The notes beneath the pieces were generated by a model. That model saw nothing but the letters and a program-made list of their open reading frames with translations, was not told where the DNA came from and did not search any database. A stretch of DNA of 64,000 bases, taken from contig CAWKMU010000003.1 of assembly GCA_963850905.1 (NCBI GenBank), positions 352,001 through 416,000 on the forward strand, read 5' to 3'. This stretch comes from an uncultured Gemmatimonadales bacterium (GTDB taxonomy: Bacteria; Gemmatimonadota; Gemmatimonadetes; Gemmatimonadales; Gemmatimonadaceae). Position numbers and translations under genes: made by a program. Numbering within the stretch: the first letter of the stretch is position 1; every line of letters begins with the position of its first letter. Positions 39,444-48,262 of this stretch are shown here, one piece after another.

Positions 39444-41393
39444 ATGGCCTCGAAGGGGAATGTGCTCCGCGCGTGTCGTACTGCGGCGTGTGTGGCGGTG
39501 ACGGCTGCGAGCGCTGTGGCCGGCGCCCGCGCAGGGGCTCCCTCTCGCGGACCGTCGGCCCCACTCGTCCGCGCGATGAACGGAAACGTCCCGCTGCCGG
39601 CGGTGAAGAGCCGGTTCGAGTCCCAGCTCGACTCGCTGCTTGCAGCCATGGACTCTCTGTCGGCGCGGGTCGCTGCCGGCCGCACCGCGGAGGCGCAGCA
39701 CGCCTTTCGCCTTGCGCGAACAAGCTACAAGCGCGTCGAGGGCATGCTCGCCTACTACGCACCGGACGCGGCGACGGCCCTCCAGGGTCCACTGGAAACG
39801 GAAGGCGAGGATGACGTTCGGCCGCGTCCGTACAATACCCCGGGCGCGTTTCCCGCGATTGAGGGCGACATTTTCCCTCAAATGCCCGATTCCGCCCGGC
39901 CAGCCGTGCTGAGTCGCCTCGAGTCCATGCACGAGCGCCTCACGATCCTGCGGTCGTTGACTGGCACCCTCCAGGTGGACGAGGTCACAGTGTTCGACGC
40001 GGCCCGCGCCGAAATCGCGCGGGTGAGTACCCTGGATATCGCCGGGTTTGATTCCGACCGGGAGGACGATGCGTTGCTCGATGCCGCGGCCGCGCTCGAG
40101 GGAGTCCGGGCGACACTTGGATCACCGGTCGCGACAGAGGAGGACCCAGCGTCCGTGATCCGAGCTCGCCTCGATCGAGCCCTGCGTGGCGCCGCCGACT
40201 ATCTGAGGACCCATGCCACATTCGAGAGCATGGATCGATTGACCTTCGTCGCGCGCTACAGCATCCCCGCGGCACGTGCACTCGCCGAGCTCCGGTCCGC
40301 ACGGTCGGTGCCGCCGAGTCCCTCCAGGCCACACCTCTGGAGCGACGACGCAGCCTCCGTCTATGACAGCGGTGCGTTCGACGCGACAGCGTATGCCGGC
40401 GCGTACCGTCTCCGGCCGGACATCCGCCCGCCGATCGTTGCCCTCGGGGCCCAGCTGTTCACCGACCCGCGCCTCTCCGGGCCGCGCACCCGCGCGTGCA
40501 GCACGTGCCACATCCCCGCGCGCGCGTTCACGGATGGCTTGTCGAAGCGGGCATCGCTCGCACCGCTCGCCCCAACGCCCGCCGGGGCGTCGCCGGCGCG
40601 CCACACGCCGACGCTGATCAATGCGGCGCTACAGCCGGCGCTATTCGACGATGAGCGCGCGAGGACGCTCGAGGAGCAGGTCGCCATCGTCCTGGCCAAT
40701 CCGGACGAGATGAACAGCTCCACCGACACCGTCGTCCGCCGCCTCGCGGCCGATTCGAGTTATCGCGCGGCGTTCGCCGTGGCCTTCGGTGCGCCACCGG
40801 ATCGTGCCATCACGCCAGTGACCGTGCGCGTCGCGATCGCGGCCTACGAACGCTCGCTGGTAGTGCTCAACTCGCCATTCGATCGCGCAGTCCGCGGAGA
40901 CAGCGAGGCAATGAGTCCGGAGGCGCGACGAGGATTCACGGTGTTCATGGGCAAGGGCCGGTGCGGCACGTGCCATTTCGCGCCGCTGTTCAACGGGACG
41001 CAACCGCCCACGTTCCGGACGACCGACCCGGAGATCATCGGCGTTCCGGAACAACCCGCACTGCAGCACGCGCGACTGGACCCCGACCCCGGCCGGAGCG
41101 CGATCGATCAGGTCCCGACCCACGCGTTTGCCTTCAAGGTGCCGACCGTCCGCAACGCGGCGCTCACCGCACCCTACATGCACAACGGCGCTTTCCACAC
41201 GCTCGAAGAGGTGATCGCCTTCTACAACGCGGGCGGCGCCTCGGGTATCGGGATCACGCTCCCGTATCAGACGCTGTTCGATCAATCGCTCGACCTGACG
41301 CAAGCCGAGCAGAGCGAGTTGATCGCGTTCATGCGGGCTCTGACGGACACGAGCGGCGTCACGCACCCGCCTACGTCCATTGCAGTTCATTGA
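39444..41393 (+). CDS. Di-haem cytochrome c peroxidase (MauG/BthA-like) with N-terminal helical extension (start uncertain, 39384-39462)
   Basis: LGAQLFTDPRLS, CSTCH, RHTPTLIN, CGTCH, FKVPTVRN and TAPYMHNG motifs; signal-like N-terminus. Confidence 0.9.
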   Translation: MASKGNVLRACRTAACVAVTAASAVAGARAGAPSRGPSAPLVRAMNGNVPLPAVKSRFESQLDSLLAAMDSLSARVAAGRTAEAQHAFRLARTSYKRVEGMLAYYAPDAATALQGPLETEGEDDVRPRPYNTPGAFPAIEGDIFPQMPDSARPAVLSRLESMHERLTILRSLTGTLQVDEVTVFDAARAEIARVSTLDIAGFDSDREDDALLDAAAALEGVRATLGSPVATEEDPASVIRARLDRALRGAADYLRTHATFESMDRLTFVARYSIPAARALAELRSARSVPPSPSRPHLWSDDAASVYDSGAFDATAYAGAYRLRPDIRPPIVALGAQLFTDPRLSGPRTRACSTCHIPARAFTDGLSKRASLAPLAPTPAGASPARHTPTLINAALQPALFDDERARTLEEQVAIVLANPDEMNSSTDTVVRRLAADSSYRAAFAVAFGAPPDRAITPVTVRVAIAAYERSLVVLNSPFDRAVRGDSEAMSPEARRGFTVFMGKGRCGTCHFAPLFNGTQPPTFRTTDPEIIGVPEQPALQHARLDPDPGRSAIDQVPTHAFAFKVPTVRNAALTAPYMHNGAFHTLEEVIAFYNAGGASGIGITLPYQTLFDQSLDLTQAEQSELIAFMRALTDTSGVTHPPTSIAVH

Positions 41394-41442
41394 CCCGATG
41401 GGTCGTATCAGATCGAGCATGATGCACGAGAGGAGACGAGAC

Positions 41443-41898
41443 ATGTTCGTGACCTCCGTAACACCTCGCCCCACCACACGGCGCATGGGCGGCTTCACGC
41501 TGATCGAGTTGCTCGTCGTGATCATTGTCCTTGGAATGCTGGCCGCGCTCGTCGGCCCGCGCATCTTGGGACGGGTCTCCGAGGCGAAGAGCGCCACGGC
41601 CAAGACACAGATCGAGTTACTCGGCGCGGCACTCGACAACTACAAGTTGGACAACGGCTCCTACCCGACGAGTGATCAGGGCCTGGCTGCACTCGACGCG
41701 AAACCGACTCGTGACCCTGTCCCGCTCGATTGGCGAGGACCCTACCTCAAGCGCGGCGTGCCGGCCGATCCGTGGGGACGCGCATACCTGTTCAAGAATC
41801 CTGGAGAGCACAACCGCAGCGGCTACGACCTCTGGACCCTCGGCCGGGACGGTAAAGAGGGCGGGGCTGACGAAGACGCCGATATCACGAACTGGTAG
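41443..41898 (+). CDS. gspG: Type II secretion major pseudopilin GspG
   Basis: GG|FTLIELLVVIIVLG, ALDNYKLDNGSYPT, WRGPYL, DPWGRAY, DADITNW. Confidence 0.96.
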   Translation: MFVTSVTPRPTTRRMGGFTLIELLVVIIVLGMLAALVGPRILGRVSEAKSATAKTQIELLGAALDNYKLDNGSYPTSDQGLAALDAKPTRDPVPLDWRGPYLKRGVPADPWGRAYLFKNPGEHNRSGYDLWTLGRDGKEGGADEDADITNW

Positions 41899-42298
41899 GC
41901 CGAGGCGGCGGTCGGAGCGTACAGGTCAACGGATCGAGCGCGATCAGGCGCGCGGCGCCGGCGCTCCGCACATCGAACGCGCAGCTGCCGGATGGGGCGA
42001 CCAGCAGTGTGACGGGGACCGAAGCGACCGGCGGAATCCGGCCTCCCGCGCTGTCACCCTCCAAAGCGGAACCGCCGCCCGTCATGTGCCACGCGCCAGT
42101 CGACTCGATGCGGAGATAGATGATCTCCCCACGCGCGGCCGCCGCGGCGCGCGCGCGCTCGACGAGCGATTGTAACGGCTGATCCCCGATGCGAGCGCGC
42201 AGCACCGCTGGCAGCACCAGGGCAAATGCCAGCGCGAGGATCGCAAGCACCACAAGCAGCTCGATGAGCGTGTATCCGGCGGAGCGTCGCTGGCGCAT
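41885..42298 (-). CDS. gspH: Minor pseudopilin, GspH-like
   Basis: RRSAG|YTLIELLVVLAIL and ARAAAAARG; convergent with gspG, overlapping its 3' end. Confidence 0.7.
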   Translation of the reverse strand: MRQRRSAGYTLIELLVVLAILALAFALVLPAVLRARIGDQPLQSLVERARAAAAARGEIIYLRIESTGAWHMTGGGSALEGDSAGGRIPPVASVPVTLLVAPSGSCAFDVRSAGAARLIALDPLTCTLRPPPRPTSS

Positions 42299-42524
42299 CG
42301 AGAGACATCGTATCCAACGACCCGCGATCGTGCAACAGCCGTGCGACGACCGTGACGTGATGCACGCGATTTGTATCACGACTTCAAGACGAGTACGTGT
42401 CATCACACGGTCGCATTGGTGACCGCCCTGTTATCAGCCGACACTAGCATGTCAGACTGCCCCGCCGTCCGCGGGGTGAGCGCGATGGGGAGTCAAGCAG
42501 CATCCACCCAGTGGAGGACTGAGT

Positions 42525-44468
42525 ATGCACGGACTGAACCTGCGAAGGGCGGTCACGAGGTGTGTGATCGGCGCCGGGGCGATCGGGATCCCCGCGCTGC
42601 TTCACGCGCAACCGAAAGCGTCGGTCACCGCACAGAGCGATGACCAGCGCGGCGGAGAGAAGAGCGCTGGGAAAAACGATCGGTTCACGACCTCGCCGAT
42701 CAAGCACGTGATCTACATCATGGGCGAGAACCGCACGTTCGACCACGTGTTCGCGACCTACGTCGCACGGCCCGGACAAAGTGTCTGGAATCTCCTCTCG
42801 GAGGGCATCATCACGGCGGATGGCAAGCCCGGCCCGAACTGGAACAAGGCCAGGCAGTTCATGGCAATCGACAGTGGCGCTTTCTCGATGAATCCGAAGA
42901 AGGTTGGCGCGTACAGCACGCTGCCAGCCGTAAACACGGACGGGGCCCCCATGACGGCCCACTTCCCCACGATTGCGGCCGCAAAGGACACCGAGCCCGC
43001 GCTCCCCAACGGCTCCTACATCGAGCTCACGACCGGCGGCACGGGACAAATGAGCGACGTGCCCGACACGCGCTTCCCCGCGAAGCTGGCGAATGGTCCG
43101 TTCCAGATCAGCCTGTATACGTCGTACGACTCGTATACCTCGAGTCCCGTACACCGCTTCTTCCAGATGTGGCAGGAGATGGACTGCAACACCAAGAACG
43201 CGACGAAGCGGAATCCCAGTGGGTGCCAACAGGATCTGTGGCCGTGGGTCGAGACGACGGTCGGCGCCGGCACCAACGGCAAGCCGCTCCCGGCGGGGTT
43301 CACCGACGAGACCACCGGCGAAGGCGCCACCTCCATGGGCTATTGGAACGTGCAAGCCGGCGACGCGCCCTACTTCACCAAGCTGGCAGACGAGTACGCC
43401 CTCGACGACAACTTCCACCAGGCCATTGAGGGTGGGACGGGCGCAAACCACATCTTCGTCGGCTACGGCACCGCGATCTACTACGCCGACGCGAAGGGCA
43501 ACCCGGCGACACCGCCCAGCAACCAGATCGAGGACCCCGACGCGCAGAAAGGCACGAACAACTGGTGGGTACAGGATGGCTACAGCGGCGGATCGTACGT
43601 CGGCTGCTGGGACGCGACGCAGCCGGGCATTGCGGCAGTCCGCAAGTACGAAGCCGGCCTGAAGTACAAGGTGCTGGATGCGTGCCGCAAGAACGCCTAC
43701 TATCTCGTCAACAACTACAACCCCGGCTATTTCGGAACCGGCGTCGCCGCCCCGCTCGGCGCGAACATTTTCACCATTCCTGGCTCGACGCAGAACAACC
43801 TCGGTCTGGCGCTGAGCGCCCACCAGATTTCCTGGAAATACTACGGCGAAGGCTGGGCGGGCGGCACCGAGACGGGCGAGGCCAGCACGTATTGCAACAT
43901 CTGCAATCCGTTCCTGTACTCGACGCAGATCATGACAACCCCGAGTCTCCGTAAGAACCTGCAAGACATCCAGAACCTGTACGACGACATCGACAATGGC
44001 TCACTGCCCGCGGTGTCGATCGTCAAGCCGGACGGCTATCTGGACGGCCACCCGGCGTCGTCCAAGTGGGACCTCTACGAAGGGTTCGTCAAGAAGATCG
44101 TCGACAAGATCAAGGCCAATCCCGACGTCTGGAAGAACACGGCGATCTTTATCACGTGTGATGAGGGCGGCGGCTACTATGACTCGGGCTACATTCAGCC
44201 GCTCGATTTCTTCGGCGACGGCACTCGGATCCCGTTGCTGATCGTGTCCCCCTTCACGGAACACCGCGGTGTGGTGCACGCGTACGGCGACCACGTGTCA
44301 TTCCCCAAGTTCGTCGAGGCCAACTGGGGTCTGGAGACCCTCTCGGATCGGTCGCGTGACAACCTGCCCAACCCGATCACGCGTCACGACAATCCCTGGG
44401 TTCCGGTCAACAGCCCGGCGCTCAGCGACCTGATGGAGGTGTTCGATTTCCACCGCCATGGCGGCTGA
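42525..44468 (+). CDS. Secreted phosphoesterase (phospholipase C / acid phosphatase AcpA family)
   Basis: GGAGG RBS and signal peptide; IKHVIYIMGENRTFDHVF, DNFHQAIEGGTGANH, DGHP, DEGGGYYD and GTRIPLLIVSP motifs. Confidence 0.93.
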   Translation: MHGLNLRRAVTRCVIGAGAIGIPALLHAQPKASVTAQSDDQRGGEKSAGKNDRFTTSPIKHVIYIMGENRTFDHVFATYVARPGQSVWNLLSEGIITADGKPGPNWNKARQFMAIDSGAFSMNPKKVGAYSTLPAVNTDGAPMTAHFPTIAAAKDTEPALPNGSYIELTTGGTGQMSDVPDTRFPAKLANGPFQISLYTSYDSYTSSPVHRFFQMWQEMDCNTKNATKRNPSGCQQDLWPWVETTVGAGTNGKPLPAGFTDETTGEGATSMGYWNVQAGDAPYFTKLADEYALDDNFHQAIEGGTGANHIFVGYGTAIYYADAKGNPATPPSNQIEDPDAQKGTNNWWVQDGYSGGSYVGCWDATQPGIAAVRKYEAGLKYKVLDACRKNAYYLVNNYNPGYFGTGVAAPLGANIFTIPGSTQNNLGLALSAHQISWKYYGEGWAGGTETGEASTYCNICNPFLYSTQIMTTPSLRKNLQDIQNLYDDIDNGSLPAVSIVKPDGYLDGHPASSKWDLYEGFVKKIVDKIKANPDVWKNTAIFITCDEGGGYYDSGYIQPLDFFGDGTRIPLLIVSPFTEHRGVVHAYGDHVSFPKFVEANWGLETLSDRSRDNLPNPITRHDNPWVPVNSPALSDLMEVFDFHRHGG

Positions 44469-44635
44469 TCACGCACCAGGAACGCACTGTTCGACCAGCC
44501 GGGGCGGCGATGCCGCCCCGGCTGTGCGTTTTGAGCATGTGCAGGCGCGACGGTATCACCTGGCACGCGTTGTGACGGCTTGTGACCGTCACTCACGCGA
44601 GCGAGTCTTCGACTACTCACGTTCCAACGGGACGG

Positions 44636-46511
44636 ATGGCAGCTCTCCTGCGGTGCGCGATCGCGATAAGCCTTGCCGCCGTCCTCCACGGATGCGCCGA
44701 TTCGCCAACGACACCTGTGGCATCGGCCAATGTCGCCGTGGTGACCACGCTGTCCGCCCCCGGCCAATCCGCGGCCTTCCTCACGAGCCCGGCGTTCGCC
44801 ACGAACCTCGAGCTCGAGCCCGGCGCACGCTATCTGATCGCGATCGTCAACACCGGCACCGACGACGCGACGACCGAGAACTTCACGTTGGTGGGGTCGT
44901 ATGCGCCGACGGGGTCGCCTGAGCGAGCGCCAACCCTCACGGCCGGAGTGCCGAGCGGGACGACGATTCGCTACCGGGCGTCGGTTGCACCCGACCCGCG
45001 CTATCAGCTCACGAGCGACGTAACCAGACGGATCGCGTCAATGCGAAAGCTGCAGCAGCGGCACCTCGCGATGCTCGATCGCGATGCGCGCATTCTCGAG
45101 GACCACGCGAGCTTCGGCACCGTGCGCCCCTCGGCAGCGCCACGCAGCGCCGTCGTGCAGTCGCGGTCGATATCGTCGACGGTGGGCACGGTGCAGCAGG
45201 TCTACATCGCCAAGGGGTTGGTGGGCACGTGTACCGACGTCGACTCGGTCGGCGCGCGTACCGTCGCCGTCGGCCAGCACGTCATCGTGTTGGCGGACAC
45301 CGATCGGACCCGCTGGCCGAATGCGTTCCGGCCGGACTCGTCGTTCTATCGAGCCTTCGCCGACGAATACAATGCGATCACCTGGCCGCATCTCCTGACA
45401 TACATCGGCGACCCGCTCATCCTCAATGCAGCGTTGTCGCGTGTCGGCAAGGTGTCCCTGGTGATCTCACCGGTCTTGAACGGGTTCGCCGGCGGCGTCG
45501 CGTCGTTCGTCGACGCGTGCGACTTCAACCAGGTCCGGCCAGGACTGTCGCTCGGCAACCACACGGAGATTTTCTACTACTGGACACCAGATCCCGCGCA
45601 AGGCTGGCCCGTGCAGGCGTGGGAGGATTTCCTGCGGGCAACCGCGGCGCACGAGAGTAAGCACATCGTCTCCTTTGCCGAGCATCTCCTCAACAACGAC
45701 TTTCGAGTGCGCGAGCTGACGTGGCTCGAGGAAGGATTGGCCCAGGAGTCCTCGGAGATCTGGGAACGGCACTTCAATGGTGCGAGAATGGAAGAGCCGC
45801 GCGACGTTTGACCAGACCGTCGCATGCGAGCTCGAGTTGATGGCGAGGAGGTCTTCCTGCGATGCGAACGGCACGAAGCCGATCGCGCTCAGCGTCAGTC
45901 ACCTGCCGTTCCTGTTTGAGTACCTGCAGGAGGAAAGCACCACACCGATGGGTCGGGGCTTGGGGAGCGACACACCGTCCAACTACGGCGCGGGGTGGCA
46001 GTTTGCCCGCTGGACAACCGATCAATACGGCTCCAGCGAAGGGACGTTCATCAAGTCACTCATCAATGAGGCGGCCCTCAACGGCCTGCCCAATCTCGCC
46101 AAACACACGGGGCGCTCGATCCAGGAGCTTCTCGTCTACTGGAGCCTCGCGTCGGCCATCTTCGATACGACGTCCTACACCGCCGCGGATGAGCGCACCA
46201 CCAATCCTTCGTTCGATTTCGGCAACATCTTTCTCACCGGCCAGACCATGGTCGGGTGTTCGCCGATGCGCTGCGGTCTCTTCTCGGGCACCGGTTCCCC
46301 GACGCCAGCCTACCCCGTGCAACCCGTGATCGACAGCGCCACCGTCAGCCCGCTCCGTACGACGGTGAGGGGCATCCCGGGGACCGCTGCCTACTACGTG
46401 CTGCTGATCGCGCCAAACGCAGGAACCGAGCGCCTCGAGCTCCAGAGTGGGAGCGGCGGCGCGATCGCTCCAGGCAGCGCCCTCCGCGTCGGCGTGCTGC
46501 GCGTCAGATAG
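44636..46511 (+). CDS. Lipoprotein Zn-metallopeptidase-like protein (HExxH); one-base frameshift near 45787
   Basis: Lipobox VLHGC; ATAAHESKHI...WLEEGLAQ gluzincin-like motif; continues in the 45777 frame with YGAGWQFARWTTDQY. Confidence 0.75.
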
Positions 46512-46624
46512 CTCCGAAACCACCATCCCGCGACGGGCCGACGCCACGACGTCGGCACACCGCCAGTGGCAAGCGGGGTGAAGCACGCGAGCATTCCCGC
46601 CGACTCGCGCGTAACAGGGGATAG

Positions 46625-48250
46625 GTGTGGCGTGGTGCTTGCCTGTCGCCCTTCCTGGCCATGATCACGGGATGTCATCTGCGTCGCGCCTTGAAGCGCT
46701 GCGCACTGGTAGCGGTTGCCAGTGGGACGACTGGTTTTTGGGGTAGCGACGTCCTGAGCGCGCAGGTCACCACGACGCCGCCCGCGGTCCCCGGCATGCC
46801 GGGACAGGCGAGCGGTCAGGCATCCGTCTTCTCGCTGGACTCCGCGATGCGCGCCGCCGACACGGTCACGTTTCGGCCCGATACCACCATGGCGCTCCAC
46901 GACATCGTCCAAAATGCGCTACGGGCGAGTCCCATCACCGCTGGCGCCGTCGCCGATCTCCGGACCGCCCGGTCCGACGAGCAGGTCGCCGCTGGCGAGT
47001 TTCTGCCGACGCTCGATCTCACCTCCAGCGCGCTCCATCACGGGACGCCGTCGTTTAGTGGCATCACGACGGCCGGTGCGGTGACGGGGACGATACCGGG
47101 CGCAACGGTCAGCGGCAGTAGCGTGACCGGGCCGAGTGCGCACCAAGCGGTTGATCCCCTCACCGCCGCCCGGCAGGGCCTCGGCCTACAGCTCCAGAGC
47201 GCCGTGGCGTCCAGCGCGCCGGTCGTGATCGCCGGGCCCTACGCCACCGGTCTGGTCTCCGGCGTCGCCGCGTGGGACATCTTTACCGCCGGTCGGCGCG
47301 GTGCAGACGTACGGTTCGGCCGCGCGGAGACGAGGGCAGCCCTGTCCTCGCAGGTCGAGCAGAACTTCATCGTCATGGCCGACGTCAAGACGGCGTTCTT
47401 CAATGTGCTGCGCGCCGAAGATCTCGCGGCCGTGGCGCAGGTCGAGATCCAGCGGGCCCAGGGCGATCTTCGGGCCGCACAGCATCGTCGAGAGGTCGGT
47501 ACGGCCACGCCAGCCGACATCCTGCAGTTCGAGCTGAATCTCGCGACAGCATTCCAGACTCTCATTCAGGCCCGCATCAACCAACGATCCAACGCATACG
47601 AGCTCGGACGGCTGGCCGGTCTCGACCTGTCCGTGGACGCTCACCGAGAGGGCTCGTACGACCCCACTCCGTTGGCGCTCTCGGACTCGGGAGTCATCGC
47701 CCTCGCATTGCGCGCGGCACCCGGCCTGCTCGCGTCGCGCGACTCCTCTCACGCAGCCGACGCAGCGGTCGCCGCCGCGAAGACGCAGTACCTGCCCACG
47801 CTCACCTTGGGCGGGAGCTACACCTGGTACAGCGCGCCGATCGTGGCCGCCAGCCCCGCCCCAGGATGGGCCGTCGACATCGGCACGACCTTCCCGATAT
47901 TCAATGGCTTCCTGCGCGAAGCGGTTGTAGAGCGCGCATCGGCTCGTTCGTACGCCGCGCGGTACGCGGCTCGCGACGCAGAACGCTTCACTCGCTCGCA
48001 AGCGCAATCGTTGCTCGGTGCCGTGATGCTGGCGGCGGAGAACGTCGCGGTCGCAAAGGGCTCGCTCGCCGTCGCCCAGGAGAACTACCGGGTGGTCAGC
48101 ACCCGCTACGGCGTCGGCGTCGCCACGGTCCTCGACTTGTCCGTGGCCGAGCAAACCCTGGCGAGCGCCGAGCAAACACTGGTGAACGCGCGCTACGACT
48201 ACCAACTGGCCCGTGCCAACCTCCAGACCCTCCTCGGCCGTGAGATCTAA
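46625..48250 (+). CDS. TolC-family outer-membrane efflux protein
   Basis: Signal peptide; two OEP repeats (GEFLPTL, QYLPTL, RYGVGVATVLDL). Confidence 0.9.
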   Translation: MWRGACLSPFLAMITGCHLRRALKRCALVAVASGTTGFWGSDVLSAQVTTTPPAVPGMPGQASGQASVFSLDSAMRAADTVTFRPDTTMALHDIVQNALRASPITAGAVADLRTARSDEQVAAGEFLPTLDLTSSALHHGTPSFSGITTAGAVTGTIPGATVSGSSVTGPSAHQAVDPLTAARQGLGLQLQSAVASSAPVVIAGPYATGLVSGVAAWDIFTAGRRGADVRFGRAETRAALSSQVEQNFIVMADVKTAFFNVLRAEDLAAVAQVEIQRAQGDLRAAQHRREVGTATPADILQFELNLATAFQTLIQARINQRSNAYELGRLAGLDLSVDAHREGSYDPTPLALSDSGVIALALRAAPGLLASRDSSHAADAAVAAAKTQYLPTLTLGGSYTWYSAPIVAASPAPGWAVDIGTTFPIFNGFLREAVVERASARSYAARYAARDAERFTRSQAQSLLGAVMLAAENVAVAKGSLAVAQENYRVVSTRYGVGVATVLDLSVAEQTLASAEQTLVNARYDYQLARANLQTLLGREI

Positions 48251-48262
48251 CCCCTTGTTGTT

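Noticed and set aside
30259..42298. Type IV pilus rather than T2SS
   Set aside because: GspG with the DPWG/ITNW signature, GspK and a GspD-type secretin are present, and no PilT retraction ATPase is seen.
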